Shown here: piece by piece, positions 15,519-15,794 of the stretch
Position numbering within the stretch: position 1 is the stretch's first letter
Layout: every line of letters starts with the position of its first letter
Assembly (NCBI GenBank): GCA_051439605.1
Contig: JBFRWN010000105.1
Span: 1-15,794, forward strand
From: Synechococcus sp.
GTDB lineage: Bacteria; Cyanobacteriota; Cyanobacteriia; Thermostichales; PCC-7336
Length of the DNA stretch: 15,794 nucleotides
Reading direction: 5' to 3'
The notes under the pieces: model-generated
Database searches by the model: none
Told to the model about the DNA's origin: nothing
Seen by the model: only the letters and a program-made list of their open reading frames with translations
Program-made: the position numbers and the translations under genes

Positions 15519-15560
15519 AGAATAAACGAGCCATCTATTAATTTCTGTAAACAAAACGAC
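15519..15560 (-). promoter_or_regulatory. Putative NtcA-activated (class II) promoter of the cupin gene
   Basis: Minus strand GTC-gttttgtt-TAC (15560-15547), exactly 22 nt, TATTCT (15524-15519). This matches GTA-N8-TAC-N22-TAN3T with one mismatch. The box sits within a TCTGT...ACAGA inverted repeat. Confidence 0.55.
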
Positions 15561-15794
15561 AGATTTTGCATGAGCTGTGTAATTTCCCCTGCCATATCGG
15601 CTTACCACGTAGCCACTTAGGCAACAGGATTTCTCGCAGATGCAGCCGTTTCTTGAGGCAAATCAAACCTAGTTCTAACGGTTTCTGTGGTAGCGGCGTA
15701 TATTGAAGCACTAATGAATGTTTGATAGATCGTAGCTTGTCCCCAACTGGTCAACCAGAATGGCTTCAGCTCAACGAGGCGACAAGAGTATCTG

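Noticed and set aside
15617..15794. Open minus-strand frame (~58 codons) running in from the right edge, and a plus-strand ATG at 15760
   Set aside because: Truncated by the window with no recognisable motif; cannot be supported without flanking sequence.

Overview
Cyanobacterial chromosomal window; the HIP1 octamer GCGATCGC occurs about 15 times and the protein families are cyanobacterial-type. In order it holds an alpha/beta hydrolase, a SphS/PhoR-like histidine kinase, RqcH/NFACT, an AT-rich HIP1-free insert carrying a 650-aa class-3 lipase fused to an unknown N-terminal domain, a Uup-like ABC-F ATPase, pcm, an N-terminally extended endonuclease V, a 99-aa orphan, a CapA-family metallophosphoesterase, a 111-aa orphan, a classical SDR and an RmlC-like cupin. 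No rRNA, tRNA, CRISPR array, transposase or reverse transcriptase was seen. The most interesting uncalled signals are: (1) a minus-strand cupin / 18-aa micro-ORF / SDR unit, where the micro-ORF has a perfect Shine-Dalgarno and its own promoter, a hairpin-rich leader follows it, and the cupin has an NtcA-type promoter; (2) the lipase insert, with internal duplications; (3) short direct repeats that bracket capA in frame; (4) a multi-hairpin candidate ncRNA near the left edge. All family calls come from recognising motifs by eye; no searches were run.
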